This document shows, one piece after another, positions 12,298-30,600 of a stretch of DNA of 64,000 nucleotides. The notes beneath the pieces were generated by a model that was given only the letters and a program-made list of their open reading frames with translations, was not told the DNA's origin and searched no databases. How positions within the stretch are numbered: position 1 is the stretch's first letter; each line of letters opens with the position of its first letter. The stretch is from Marsupella aquatica (Eukaryota; Plantae; Marchantiophyta), in contig OZ316900.1 in NCBI GenBank assembly GCA_973895155.1, positions 98,311-162,310 on the forward strand. The letters are read 5' to 3'. A program made the translations under genes and the position numbers.

Positions 12298-12867
12298 TTA
12301 GGACATACGGCGCGAACGAACTAGGTCCAACGAGGGCAGAGCCTATCGTAGCTTAAGTTGTAGCAGTCTGCTCTTATCCGCCCCCACAACAGATTAGGTC
12401 CTTTCAGCGCTTCGCGAACGCGGGGGAAGTGGGCGGAGGATATAGCAAAAAAATCTATTTTTTTGCCTCTCCCTCAAGCGTGCTTTTTGTTGAAAGGTCC
12501 GAGAAAGCGCAAAGCGCTGTCCGGGCAGCCCTAAATAGGGACGGACTCTATCTTCGTCGGCCGAAGTTGGTTTTATTGGTAAATTGCGAACTTAGGCATC
12601 ACTTTCTATCACTAGATCTTTGTTTCACTCGTTTATGGTGAAATATCTTTATACATAAAGTTGCGCAGCCTCACATTAAATCTCTATTAAATCTCTGAGG
12701 AGCCTACTAACAAAGAGTGTCCTGGTTTCGGGCTTACCCTTCGGGCTTACCCTTCGGGCCGGAAGAGAGCTGAAGGCAAAAAATCCATAGATTTTTTTTT
12801 CGCTTTGCGTTTCCCGCGCTTTGCGCCTCCGGCCCCAAATATATATATTTTTGTTTCAGCACTCCCC

Positions 12868-13854
12868 TCAAGGGAGCCATTCGAAGGCTACTAGAACACC
12901 AGATACAAAGACTACCCATGCTAATGATAAAGGCAAGAATACTTTCCAGCCAAGTCTCATTAATTGATCATAACGATATCGTGGAAATGCTGCGCGGACC
13001 CATATATATACAAACGAGAGGAAAAGAACCTTTATACTGAACCAGATAGAGCCCGGAATTACCCGGAAAATAGGAATATCCAGGATGGGCAGCCAACCTC
13101 CTAGGAAAAGCAATGTACAGAGACTACTCATTAAGATCATATTAGCATACTCCCCCAGAAAGAAAAGAGCAAACCCCATAGCAGAATATTCCACATTGTA
13201 GCCCGCCACGAGTTCTGCCTCGGCCTCTGGTAGATCGAAAGGAGCTCGATTTGTTTCTGCTAAACAAGAAATGAAAAACATGAGAAACACAGGAAACAAG
13301 GGAAAAACAAACCATATCCGTGTTTGCGCTAGAACAATCTCGCTAAAATTGCAGGAACCTGCGCATAGTATGACGGATATCAGAAGCAATCCTATGGAAA
13401 CTTCGTAGGAAACCATTTGAGCGGCAGATCGTAATGCTCCCAAAAAAGCATACTTGGAGTTACTTGCCCAGCCTGCCGTAATAATTCCATACACTCCGAG
13501 TGAAGATATCGCAAATAGATACAAAACCCCAACATTTAGATCTGAAAAAACCATACCATAATCGAAGGGGATGACAGCCCAAGCGCACAAAGCCAGTGTA
13601 AACGTCAGAACGGGTGCCATTAGAAAAATAAAAATATTCGCGCTACTAGGCAAAATTGGCTCTTTCATCATGAGCTTCAAACCATCTGCTAAAGGTTGCA
13701 ACAGTCCCAAAATGCCGACTACGTTCGGTCCTTTTCTCCTTTGCATAGACGCCATGACTTTTCGTTCTGCTAGTACTAAGAACGCGACGCCCAATAACAG
13801 GGGTATTATAATTCCAAGTATCTTAGCGACAAGACCAATTAGATAAATTTTCAT
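12868..13854 (-). CDS. nad1: NADH dehydrogenase subunit 1, intronless (328 aa)
   Basis: [48 protein letters not shown]. Confidence 0.98.
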   Translation of the reverse strand: MKIYLIGLVAKILGIIIPLLLGVAFLVLAERKVMASMQRRKGPNVVGILGLLQPLADGLKLMMKEPILPSSANIFIFLMAPVLTFTLALCAWAVIPFDYGMVFSDLNVGVLYLFAISSLGVYGIITAGWASNSKYAFLGALRSAAQMVSYEVSIGLLLISVILCAGSCNFSEIVLAQTRIWFVFPLFPVFLMFFISCLAETNRAPFDLPEAEAELVAGYNVEYSAMGFALFFLGEYANMILMSSLCTLLFLGGWLPILDIPIFRVIPGSIWFSIKVLFLSFVYIWVRAAFPRYRYDQLMRLGWKVFLPLSLAWVVFVSGVLVAFEWLP

Positions 13855-15719
13855 ATTTGTTGGCTTTTTCTTTTATTTATTGTGACCGAAATGAATTACG
13901 TAGTAATGGCATAACTGAAAGATTGGTCATCTTGGATTATCCGTAAAATTACATAATAAACTCACCGGGAGTAAGACGAAGGGAGTAAGACGAAGGTCCT
14001 GATTCAACAGATAACTGGCCGCACTCCTTGGGGATTTACGATTGGAGCGCTTCGCGAAAGGGGGCGCGTAGCACTCGATCAGAGGGAGAGCGCTTTACCG
14101 TTAGAGGGCGCGACGAAAGAAACACTACGTGCCGCCGCCTTCTCTTCTCAGCCATTTCGGCGAAGTGCGCGGAAATCTACGAGCCATTTCCGACCTCTCG
14201 GTCCTTCGTAAACTCGACCCCTTCTTCCTACAAGCGCTGTTCCTCCGGTCAAGTGCTTGCTGCGCACCTGCCCCCTAAGCCGAGGGCTTCGGTTATGATA
14301 GAAAATTCGTAAAACTGAAGGTACTGTAGAGGCAGGGCCTTGGTAGCCTTATCAAAGTCCGGTGAGACACTCCGCCACTTCTTTAGCCTTTTCGAGCTTA
14401 TCATGTAAATCGGGCAAAGACTCGAAGTCATTCACTTTGATCTCTATCCCCCCCTCCCAACGCGGAGTGAGCGGCAGCTCGCACCGCTGATTTCGTGCTC
14501 CATCCGTTTGATAATGAGATCCGAGATTGTACTCGGTCTACAGACTGAATAACTTCTACATAGATATGACCCAATCATAATATCCATAAAACAGAAGACC
14601 CGGGCGTGGATCAATCGGTAACCGAGTTCTAATAACCAGGTGCCTAGTTCCTTAGTGTCCCGGATTGCTGCTTAATAGCATCCAAACGAGTTTTCGGGGC
14701 TTGGAGTATGATTCTAGGTGATGAGTTTTGCACCTTATGGGAAATTTCGACGGGTACACCAACGCTCATAAGCCGGGTAAAGCGCTCTACGACGTTCAAC
14801 GTCATGACCGTCTCTGGATCCTGCTGCGTTTACTTGAACGCCCACGCAAGCATCAATACCTACTACCAGCTCGTCCTGGGACCACGGCCAATGGATTCAG
14901 ACCTGGGCACCGGTCCCAGAGAGGTTTGCAGCCGCTCCATAAATTTTAGTATATATCTGGCGCCGGAGACATTTCTGCCGTGTCCAGTTTCATATCCCGG
15001 CCCCGCACAACCTCCACCAGGAGTTGACAGGGGAACCGGGACGACTATCCGGTCCGCTATGTAGTTGAAGATCCTTTGGCTAAAGCCGCCAGTGGAGGAA
15101 GAAGCGCCAATAAGCGCGCGTTACCGGCTACCTATCATAGTATTTCCGCGGACATAGCCTCTTCTAAATTATGTTCTTCCGGTGTCGTCCCGACTGCCTG
15201 TTTGAACGTGGATAAAGGGTAAACTGTCGGAAATCAAAATAAGATTACCGATCGATCAGGTGGGTGGGTTCGGGGCTCGTATGCAACTCCCTGAGAGTTG
15301 TGGTAATGGTATTTTCTGTACCAATACATGTTATAAGAGGGGGCAAGCTTTCTTTGTTGCCCCAGGCCTCCTCGTTCAATTGAAGCTTTTTTGGGCGCGA
15401 TTAATCGGATTAATCCCCAAAATACAAGCTCGTAGGGATCTTATTTGGTCGGGATCGCTGTTCGTGAAATCCGTTATAAATAACTACGGGCATTCGTAAC
15501 CATTCCATTCGGGGCAATGGGACAAATAATAATGGAAAAAAACGAGTCTTGCAAGAGGTTGGAAAGCATAATCCGTTTTTAACCAAAGCGGTTTGCTAGG
15601 GGCAAAACCACAACAAACACGGCTGATGATAAAATACCAGCCGGAGACACGTGGATTATCTCAGGCAACAGCCCGAGAATCGGCAAAATGAAAAACCAGT
15701 AAACATTCATTTTATATTA

Positions 15720-16380
15720 CGTTTTACTCACGGGTTCCTGAGATCCGCGCGATGGGGGGCAGCTTGCGTTACCCCTGAGATTTAAGCGGCGTACAGCTTC
15801 AAACCGCTTGTATTGAACCTTTTCTCGATGGTGCGTATGACGCGGCGTGGGTCTTTATTCCGTTGCTCGAACCAACCTCGGTCAACAAAATTTTTAGCCG
15901 GACCCTTATGTCTAATTTCATATTGATTTTCTTTATTTTTTCATCCGCAAACGGAGCCATGAAATGGCTATAATCTCGAAAGATTCCTATCAATAGATAT
16001 TATCCGAAACTGGATCCTCAAGGATAAGATTGCTAGTAAAAAAGGAATCCGTGTCTTTATAATGGCAGTTTCCACCCCCAATGCAGGGATACATAGGAAG
16101 ACGGGCGTGTGCCATTGTAGCCGCGGCGGCTATTTGAATAGCAACATTGGATTGGACACACTTCTTTTTTTTTAGTTGGGCCGCTGCCGCATCGTTTAAA
16201 ATCTCCGACTGCCAATCAATCGTAACTCGTCCATGTATGTGATTAGAAATTTTTTTTTTCTCGTCTGAGAGGTTTTTGAATTCCTGAGAATTCCAAAGGA
16301 TTCAAAAGTTTACCCCGTATGTATGTTCGACTTACCGAAAAATTAGGAATTTGCGATAGGCTGGAACAATTGCCAATCTA
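15720..16380 (-). pseudogene. Decayed linear-plasmid-type family-B DNA polymerase (dpo), C-terminal part
   Basis: Read across frameshifts: FLITYMDEL, AIQIAAAATMAHARLPMYPCIGGGNCHYKDTDS (motif C at 16044-16061), IRHKGPAKNFVDRGWFEQRNKDPRR. Confidence 0.8.
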
Positions 16381-17899
16381 TGTATATTAACCAACGGATT
16401 GAACAAGAGCGAAAACAGGTGCTTCACTTTGTTATATTACGATCTTTCAAGAAAAGATTTGGGAGGTTTGTCAACTGGGGGATTATAGAATCTTGCCGAT
16501 TCAGTGGGTATAGAACCTATAAATAAATCTGACTTGGATCGATAAAAAAAATCCCGAGACGCGCTTGAGCAACTGCGCGATTTGTATGTTAAATATTCTG
16601 CGGATGACGCTAATAAACTGGTTTCAATCTATATATCTTTTGCGAATCTGGTGCGCCGGGTTCAGAATGAAGTGATTGGAATTCCAATAGAAGATTGCAT
16701 TACCCAGAGTGAGATTCCAATGACCATTGGCAGTTCGGTGGCACTTACTTCGTAAAAGTGGATTTACAGTCAAGGGTCCAATAAGATTTATTTTGCCATA
16801 AGGTAGATAAATTTGGGTGTTTTCGTTTTCGATACAAATTATATGCATGTAAATGTTCATTAATACTGTTTCACTGTTCCAGATTTATGTTGAGCAATGT
16901 CAAAATTAGAATGCAATTCCGAAAACAAAGATAAATTACTTCATTTATTTTTGTAAGCCAGATTGAAATTTATCTTTGTTCCTTCCCACGTCAAACTATT
17001 CACAATTCAGCATTTCCGGCAAGGCGGGAGAGCCCCCCCCCCCCACTCATACGGCTATTGATTCGCAGAGTTGTTATGGAACCGCACTTAGGGATTTCAT
17101 ACTTTGTGTCGGGTTACCAACCATTTACAGGTTGGACCCGAACCAAGTGCTGGGTCTTGCTTAAGAATTAAATTTGCTCAACAGCATCGCGGGAGCCCAC
17201 ACAAACAGTCCTAGCCCTTCCTCCGATTTTGTAAATAATATCATATAGATATATGAATAAATAAAATATCGATATATTTATTTATTGCAGAAAAGCATAA
17301 TGAGCGTATATATGCGGCATGGTTTACAAAATTATTAAATATTAATACTGTTGTACCGTCATTTTACAATCTATGCGTCCCATTGACTAATATCATTCAG
17401 TATTTCTAATCGGGGGCGGGAAAGAAAAAAGCGTTAACCCAGTAATAGATTGGCGAGTGTGAAGTGCTTCATTAATCATCCATGGACCCGGAGCCTTTGC
17501 TGTATTACTGCATGCAATACAGTTTTAATTAAACGCCTCGACTCCTCTCGAGCTCGTCCACCAACTTTATCGCCATTTGCTAGAACGTGAGTCTATGTTT
17601 TGATAAGTTCGATTGTTTCTCTATACTCCGTCTGCAACTATTGCCTCTAAGCATTGATCGATATCCGCGCACTTATTATGTTTATCGGAGGAATATAAGC
17701 CACTAGTTTGAGATTGAATAATGCGTTATGAAAGTGATAATGCCATTATGTATTTGCTTTGGGAGTAGGACGAAGTGGCTAGAAATGTGTTTGATGTGGC
17801 GAAGGTCTCGCCGAGTGGAAACAGTTTCATTGATTTGTCTGTGAGTGACTACGTTAGTGTAAATGAGATGTTGTGGGCCAGGGAGGGCTGTGGGACAGT

Positions 17900-18410
17900 G
17901 GACTATCGCGGCCGCGACGCGCCTCCTCATATTCAGCCGTTTTCGGCATGTTCTGCAAGTTATTGAATCGCGTACCCACGTAGCGATTGTGAGCGAATAA
18001 GTATCGAAAATGGGCTTTCCGAGAATACATAACCTCTTAAATTAAGGCGCGTAGCGTTTGTAAAGTGTTTTAGTTTTGTACAGGGAAAAATTAAAAATAA
18101 GGTACTTTAAGAGCCTGAATGGTAGAAAAGGTAGAAAATTGCCAGCGTCAGAAAATATTACCAGATCCGTTCTTCTCATCGGTGCTGGCCTCGATCATCG
18201 GTCCATTTCGGCTTACCATCGGCGGGCATTTTCTCCGTCATCGAAAAGGGATACAAGGAATTGGAATCATAATAAGGTAAACATCCGTATGTCCACCATA
18301 AAAAGCGTTTCTTAGGGTCTTCCAAGGCCTTCTCCGGGAACTTTTAGCATAATAGATAGTTAGAGCGAAAAATCTTCGTAATGACTAAGGCTAAAACAGA
18401 CAAATGACCT
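17900..18410 (-). pseudogene. Decayed dpo, motif A region
   Basis: KIFRSNY, LRNAFYGGHTDVY (GGHTDVY at 18277-18297), YYDSNSLYPFSM..MPADGKPKW (YYDSNSLYP at 18248-18274), LPFLPFR, LRGYVFSESPF. Confidence 0.8.
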
Positions 18411-18547
18411 TGTTATATATGCGCCAAACTTATGAGATGTTGAGCTTTTTGCATAACATCGGCCCCGGGTCCATTTTATTACCTTCATCCCTGCCCCGTG
18501 CTTTCCCTACGACATGAGGAGGGGGGGGCGAAGCTATATGCTTCGCC

Positions 18548-21122
18548 CTAATTTCCGCCCCACCAATATATAGAAACGAAGGGAAAAAGCCATACAACAT
18601 CGACAAAATGCCAATAAAAAGCGGCTGCTTCAAAGCCAAAGTGATGCTTCGGGGTAAAATGACCCAGATATTGACGAATCCCACATATTATTAAGAAAAT
18701 AGTACCTATAATGACATGAAATTGAGATAGGTAGGCTCTTTCAAGCTTCCCCCCCCTAAGAACCGCACGTGCGAGTTTCCCCGCATGCGGCTCAAGCAAC
18801 GGAGAGTTAGTTCAGGCCCCGGTTAACCTGGGCCCGCGACTCGACGACTGTTGGTGCGCTTTGCGCCCATGATGCACTATGCTATCACCAAAGTGTTCTG
18901 TAACTCTGCGAGTTGGTTATGCCGCAACTGCGCGATTGGCCGATATTTACACGCGCACTGCTCGTAGTTATTCACCCGAATTGCGCGTGGTGAGTGGCTT
19001 TCTCAGTGTTTCGTCACTCAGGATTCAGGTCAGCACCGAAGGCGAAATGTAGATTGTTCTAGACCGGTAGAGTCAGCCCTACGACCCCCTGGGTAGAGTG
19101 TGGCGCCCGATAGGGGGGGTAGGGGCCGCCGCCTACTTCGATTGGCTTTTTGAATCGTCTTCTGCCCATTGGACGGTATCCGATCTCACGATCAAACCTC
19201 CCGACGCCGGGGAGCCCATTGGGTTTACCCTGTTGACATTTCGACTCTAATGCAAGGTTTCAGATCCCGTGCTATACTCCGGTGATCATTTGCCGATCGG
19301 GGCACGCACCGATTCACCGTGTCCCAAATCACATCCGGCCCCCCTACTCAATGAAAACTCGTCGTAGGTGCGGTTTTACGGAACGTCCTTGCACAGTTCA
19401 CTTGCGTTGATCAGTAGCCTTGGCACTCCCAGCGGGTTGTATGCTATATCATAAACTTTTTACTTTGTCCCTCACGCTTCGAGCCCTCTCCGTTTCCAGG
19501 AGCGCAGGGTGAGGTAGGAGCATCCCGTCGGCGGGGATGGCGATATAGTCCGGTGGGCTATACGCATTGTCTTATGTCCTTCAAGTCGCACAACCATGAA
19601 ACCCTGTGGCTAAAAAAAACGTAGAACCATAAATTCCATCAGAAATAGTGGAGGGGGCCTCTATATATTCAATTCCTTGAAACCCAGTAAAGACTAAAGC
19701 CAGTAAAACGGTAGCTATTAAAGCGTAAACTGCTTGTTGTTTTAAACCGGCGAGTATAGCATGATGAGCCCAAGTTACGGCAGCTCCAGATGAAAGTAGA
19801 ATAAGGGTATTTGGAAAAGGAATTCCCCAAGGATCTAAAACAGAAATACCTTTTGGGGGCCAGATAGCTCCGATCTCAACCGTAGGTGCCAGAGAAGAAT
19901 GGAAGAAAGCCCGAAAGAAAGCTAAAAAAAACATGACTTCAGAAACGATGAAGAGAATCATACCATAGCGAAGTCCTAATTGGACCACAAATGTATGATG
20001 TCCTTCGTAGGTGGATTCACGTACGACATCGCGCCACCATACAAAGTAGGGGTCAGTCGGGTCTTTCAACACATCTGCCCTCCGAACCGTACGAGAGGCT
20101 TTCACCTCAAACAGCTCTCACCTTCGATCTCCACTTATAACTATGAACTTTAAATCTTATGATTCAAATCTCTATGGGAGGGACCATCCGAAGGCGTTGT
20201 AGCATAAATTTACTAGCTTACCTGAGATGGATTCATAACTAAATGCCGGGATTACTCCCAGCCAGGATAAGCTTGATTCTGTTCCGAATAATGGAGATAC
20301 GAACGCGGACGGACCATTCGACTTTATGGGCGGCTGATTGGCCGCGCCGCTGAGACGAGACAATGTCTCGACATCCAACACCTCTACGGTAGAACAGTGC
20401 GATCGATAGCTAGGCTCCTTGACTGCCAGGCTGGACTGCCACATCCGAAGCTATTACGAGCCCTCCGAACCCCATCACCCGATGGGTTATTTCCCCGACT
20501 CAACATAGTACTTATTTTTGTGTCTTTGGGGAGACAATGATCCAGAAGGGTTTAGGCCCCTGCGCAATTAGCTGATCTCTCAGCTAGTTCCTTGTCGGAG
20601 TGCCCCACGGTCTTTCAGGTACTGTACACACACCATGTATTGTGGACCGTTTCAGCCTCCGAGGCCTACTTACCGTGCTCTTGCCGTAATATTCTGCTTG
20701 AGACAGGAGGAGCTATGTGACGCGAGCATTGCGTATCAAGTTAGTTATCCTAGCCCTACCTCCTGCTCTTTCAGAGCATCTTAGCGGTGGCAGCCCCACA
20801 GTTCTCTGATTGAAACTTGCTGCTTCCAAGTAAGCCATGTTACTATGGCTCATCTGCAAGTTGAGCCTGTGTCCTAGCTTATAAGCTAGCCTGAACGGCA
20901 CAGAAAAGAGTGGATAGCTCCTCCTGTCGTACGATGTATCTCCGGGCGCACCATGGTATATAAGATCATTCCCAAGCCTAAACAAAGAAGTGTTCCGCCT
21001 CCCGTGAAAGAGTGCATGTACATAACACCACCAATAGTGCTTGCCAAGGCTCCGAGTGAACCCAAAAGAGGCCATGGGCTGGGATCTACTAAATGAAAAG
21101 GATGTTTTTGAGAGACACTCAT
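18548..21122 (-). CDS. cox3: Cytochrome c oxidase subunit 3, 3 exons: 21122-20952, 20045-19592, 18720-18548 (265 aa)
   Basis: [46 protein letters not shown]. 171+454+173=798 nt. Confidence 0.97.
18721..19591 (-). other. Group II intron cox3i625
   Basis: GTGCG...CTCAAT. Domain V at ~18757-18795. Confidence 0.93.
20046..20951 (-). other. Group II intron cox3i171
   Basis: GTGCG...CCCTAC. Domain V at ~20080-20120. Confidence 0.93.
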
Positions 21123-21235
21123 AATTGGTATTTTGTTTGCTTTTTAGTCTAATTTATTGGATACCCAAGAAACATAATCATTCGAATAAAAAGCTTCTAC
21201 GACAATAGGCATAAAAGCATGATTAGTTACACCGC
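21123..21235 (-). pseudogene. Tandem duplicate of the cox2 3' end and UTR directly before the cox3 ATG
   Basis: [27 protein letters not shown] versus the functional [27 protein letters not shown]. Confidence 0.9.
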
Positions 21236-21324
21236 GTAGGTTTTGAGAGATGAAACAGTCAAGCAAGTCGGCGGGGATCAAACGCACGGAAAAGCAAAAT
21301 GGAAGACGGTATTTTGTTTGCTTT

Positions 21325-26241
<4,917 letters not shown>

Positions 26242-26341
26242 TCAGCGCTTCCCCATGCATAGCCCGGAGACAAAACAAATTTGCTGGACGAAAAAAGAAA
26301 TGGTTAAAGCTGCGTAGTAGCGAGCGAAATTTGGCCATGGC

Positions 26342-27088
26342 TCAGTGTTGGTTAGAGGGGGCTAGTTGCCTCCTATAAACTCGTATAATCGATGCGTAAA
26401 AAATGGTCAACTCTATTATAAAATAAATAGGTAAGCAAGCGACGATTTGACACCAGATATCCGGAGGTGTAAAAAAAGCTGCTACGAAAAGCGAAAAAAC
26501 CATGAAAAAACGACGATTTTTTATAAGGGTTTTCACTCCTCTCGATTCCAGCAAACAAATCACAAGTACAGGTACTTGAGAGCATATTGATGAAATAAAT
26601 AAGATACGAACGGTTAACATAATATAGTCAAAAATCTTAGGTTGTGACTTTATTATAAGTAAATTAGTTGATGTTGTATTTAATTCGTATAAAAAGTGCC
26701 AAACGTTGGGAACTACCCAAACAAAAGTCACGAGAAAAAACAGAAAGAAGCAAAAACCACTTAAGTAAAACAATTTATTGTATTTCTGTCTCTGTTCTTC
26801 ATAGCAACTGGGCATCAAAAAACACCAAATTTGATAACCCAGGAAAGGAAATAGAAAGTAAAAGCATGATATTAAAGACGTAGTAACATATGTGCTCAAG
26901 GCCTCCGTTAATTGTGTACAAATGAAAGATAAGTCTGAATAAGGCAAACTAGGAAAGGGTTTAGCTAATAGAAAAATGAACTCTTCCGAGAACCAATAAC
27001 ACGTAAACCATGTAAAACTAGAGCAAATCAATATCCAAAAAAAACGAATTCGAACTTCCTCCAAAATAGTTTTTAATACAAAATTCAT
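26342..27088 (-). CDS. tatC: Twin-arginine translocase subunit C (mttB/orf244-type), 248 aa
   Basis: [30 protein letters not shown]. Confidence 0.93.
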   Translation of the reverse strand: MNFVLKTILEEVRIRFFWILICSSFTWFTCYWFSEEFIFLLAKPFPSLPYSDLSFICTQLTEALSTYVTTSLISCFYFLFPFLGYQIWCFLMPSCYEEQRQKYNKLFYLSGFCFFLFFLVTFVWVVPNVWHFLYELNTTSTNLLIIKSQPKIFDYIMLTVRILFISSICSQVPVLVICLLESRGVKTLIKNRRFFMVFSLFVAAFFTPPDIWCQIVACLPIYFIIELTIFYASIIRVYRRQLAPSNQH

Positions 27089-27292
27089 TATATTTCGTCA
27101 TGTGTTGAACCTGATCAAAACCAGGAAAACGCAAAGCAAAAAAAAATATTTTTTGTTTGTTTTATTCCATCGGACCCTTTCCCTCCTTTCGGCCTCCATT
27201 CGCGATGCGAATAAAGCGGGAGAGGAGAAAGAAGCAAGCTTCTTTCTTCTCTGGAATTCACTTTTTTTTTGCGAAATGGTTAGTAATGTGCC

Positions 27293-27366
27293 GCATTCTT
27301 AGCTCAGTTGGATAGAGCAACAACCTTCTAAGTTGAAGGTCACAGGTTCAAATCCTGTAGGATGCG
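27293..27366 (+). tRNA. trnR: tRNA-Arg (UCU)
   Basis: Cloverleaf, anticodon loop CTTCTAA, T-loop TTCAAAT. Confidence 0.95.
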
Positions 27367-27512
27367 TAAGGTGTGCAATGAATAATAGATATCAACGGTA
27401 CATCCTTCTACTTGTTCGATCAGTCCATAGGAACAACGGTACACGCGTGGATTGACCTATTTTTCGTCAGAGTCCCATTGCACCGCCGGAAAATAGAAGC
27501 TTACTCATCATA

Positions 27513-27595
27513 GGGAGAGTGGCCGAGTGGTTAAAAGCGACAGACTGTAAATCTGCTGAAGGTTTTCTACGTAGGTTCGAATCCTGTCTCTCCCA
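27513..27595 (+). tRNA. trnY: tRNA-Tyr (GUA), long variable arm
   Basis: GGGAGAG...CAGACTGTAAATCTG...TTCGAAT...TCTCCCA. Confidence 0.95.
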
Positions 27596-27642
27596 AGTAT
27601 ACTTCGTATTTGAAAAATGGAGGCGAAGCACATGTTTTGTGC

Positions 27643-30600
27643 TTAACCCTTCATGCAATTGAATAGAGTGGATAAATATATATATATATATATTTGTTCT
27701 TTCCCAGACACATATTGAATGCATTGGTACTCGAGCCCTCTCCGAACCGTACGAGATGGTCGCCCATCATACGGCTCTCCGATTCAACCTTACTTTGGAT
27801 TCGCTTCTGTCGCAAGGTCTTGGCTTGTTTTTGCAGCGACCTATGTGGGCCTACAAGTGGCGTGAGTTACATGAAGTAACTTGCTTTCCCACTATAGCGC
27901 TCATGTGCGATTCTAGTGGGTGGGAAGGAATAAAACCAAGCATTCTCTTATACGAGCCCCCCTCGTCCTTGAGACCCCGCCGAACATGGTGCATTTACGA
28001 AACGAGGCGCGTAGCGTATTTTTTTTACAAAATCTAAAAATCCAAAGATCCGCGTCAGCCCAAATATGCTTTTTCCGCGTATCGACCCGTCCGGCGGGGT
28101 CCTTGGGATCCTTATTTGATGAGGACTTGGTTGAATCCGATCTGCTAAGATATAGCAGACGCTTAAGCCCCTTCCCTTGTGCCGAGTAGGAAAAGAAAAA
28201 ATATTTTTTTCTTTTTTCACCCTTCGGGTAGGCGAGTACTACGGGCTCTCTGACGTCCACCTCCGTCCAGATGACTGAAGTGGACCTCACCGGTGTTGCC
28301 TACAGTTCTTGGCCGGTTGTTCGTGCAAGGCCGTTTCGTATCGAGATGTCGTTTAGTCTCTTGTCCCCAGTAGTTTGGGTAATCTGCTCCCTCCTTGAGG
28401 CTCTGCAATGTCTGCAGACCGGAAGTTACCATTCTGGTCTTACCGTAATTTATCAACGACAGACTGAGAGCTTGACAGCGCGTATTCGTGCGCGTCACCA
28501 CATTCGCACGGTTCACCGCGGCGGGTCCAGTTTAACCGAAAGAGACTTCGATTTGTCACAGCTGGTTCTCATCTCGTACAATAGCGAGCTGACTTAGTAG
28601 TCTAAGGGTTCAACCTTCCCTTCTATCCCCCTCAACTACGCTTCTAGAGCATGCTCCGGTTCCCACCCGTTTACACGGGGTTTAGGTAAGCTCTATGCCC
28701 GGCACGCGGAATAAGGTCTCGCGTGGTTTGCTGCTATATGGTGAGCACAGAATAGTAATTCTTCTCCATATGGCTAAACAATGACTGTAAGCGACGCGAA
28801 CGGTCGCCCTAAATTCCACTGCAATGGTACCGCGAATTCGAAAAGTAATAACCAGAATGGCTAACCCAATAGCGGATTCCGCAGCAGCCACCGTTAAAAC
28901 AAATAAAGCAAATAATTGACCCATCATATCATCCAAATAAACAGAAAATACCAAAAAGTTCAGATTGACAGCAAGTAACATTAACTCAATTGGTAGGGGG
29001 TGGGCCACCCGCCCGATAGCAGAGACCTTCTCCCTTTTGTCGAGCACTACGAGCCTGCGGGCAGAAACTTTTTAGTTTAAAGGCCCAAAGGGCACGAGAC
29101 CCGAACCCTACAGCCCTTCGGGCACTTGGCCGCCCCCTCCTTCTAGTCTTCGTACACGGAAATCATCGAGCCATTTCCGGCTTTCGGCGCTTCTTCCGCA
29201 AAGCCGAAAAAGTAAGTCTCCCGTCTGTAAGTGCTTACGCACCTCCGGACCCATAGGGAGAAGCACGTCGTAGTGCGAAGACCAGGGGAAGGGAGGGTTG
29301 CGTAAGGTAAGAAAATATTTTTTATGCTTGGGTGGCCCCCCTCCGAACCGTACGTGCAAGATTTCCCCGCATACGGCTCTCCGAGATGAAAAAACAAATC
29401 CTGTATCGGTAGTTGCGCCCTCTTCCGGCAGGTACGAGGGGCGCGAGACCCGATAGGCACATAGTGCTCGACCCGATAGGTTCAGCGTCCTTCGGACCCA
29501 CAAAGTGCTATGCACCTCTCCCTATGGCACTCGTTCGCGGAAATAAGTTATTTCCGCAAACTTCTCTGCCTCTACGAGAGAAGGCCCATACGGAGCGAGG
29601 AGAGATGCGTGGCACTCGACTATATAGAAAAGAGGAGGCCCTGTAAAGCCAAAAGAGTCTCCTGACCCGGAGGCCCACACAATGGTCTTACGGAGTCCTC
29701 CGTACGTAAATGACCATGACTAGATAGTCGCTGAGGTAGCTGGATCGACCTCTTCAAGTGTCTTTCACAACTCTTACTTTCGGAAATCCACCAGCCTGTG
29801 GCCCTGAGTTCTCTCTCTCGCTAGGGTGCGGGAATCTACAAGCTATTTTCGACCTTTAGGTCCTTCGGACCGACGAAGACCCCTCAAGTATCCGCTCCAC
29901 GGGCATAAAATGACAGAAAAAGTCCCCGGGCCGCTGGTCGCCCCTTGGGTCCGACCGAGACTTCTTTGGCTTTATGAAGGAAGCGCCGAAGGTTCCGAAG
30001 GACTTTACAATTTCCGCGCACGATATCACCCGAACACGCTCCCCGCGCACTACGTGCCTCTAGCCCTTCGGCTTGACGATTTCAGGGTTATCTCTTCCCT
30101 TCCGTCCCCGAGTCCGGTTAGTTCGGGGCGAGCCTTCCCTACAACGGGCGATACAACTCATACGAGCCAGTCGTCCCCGGTAAGTGATCTCTCTCTTGAT
30201 CCCTTCGCGATAATCGCTACTACGGAACACCCGATGCCTTTCCACGACGGGGCCGCCGCCCTTCCCCCGACCCCCTAAGTAGATTGATTAGCCGTCACCG
30301 ACCTTAGGCATTCCCACGTTTCGTGTTTGTGTGTCAAAATAGGTTCTTTAGGATTCGAGTCATTACCCACATTTTGTGGTAGCTGTCCCGCAGTATGTTT
30401 CCACTCTTTCAACTAACCCCAATGCCAGAGGCGGTGGCTGTAAGAAGGCCGCTCTTACTGCTGGCGGCATATATTCTCAGGATCGTCGGGTCGTCGCTGC
30501 CAGACTGAGGTTACACCCTCCAGCTAACTTGGGAACGAATCCATAGCACCTAATAGCTCGGGGCAAAAAAATTGGTTTTTTCGGTTTCGCTCCCCTTTTC

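Noticed and set aside
29108-30278. ORFs of 100-150 aa inside nad4Li100 as a maturase remnant
   Set aside because: They are made of repeat modules and domain V, with no RT motifs.
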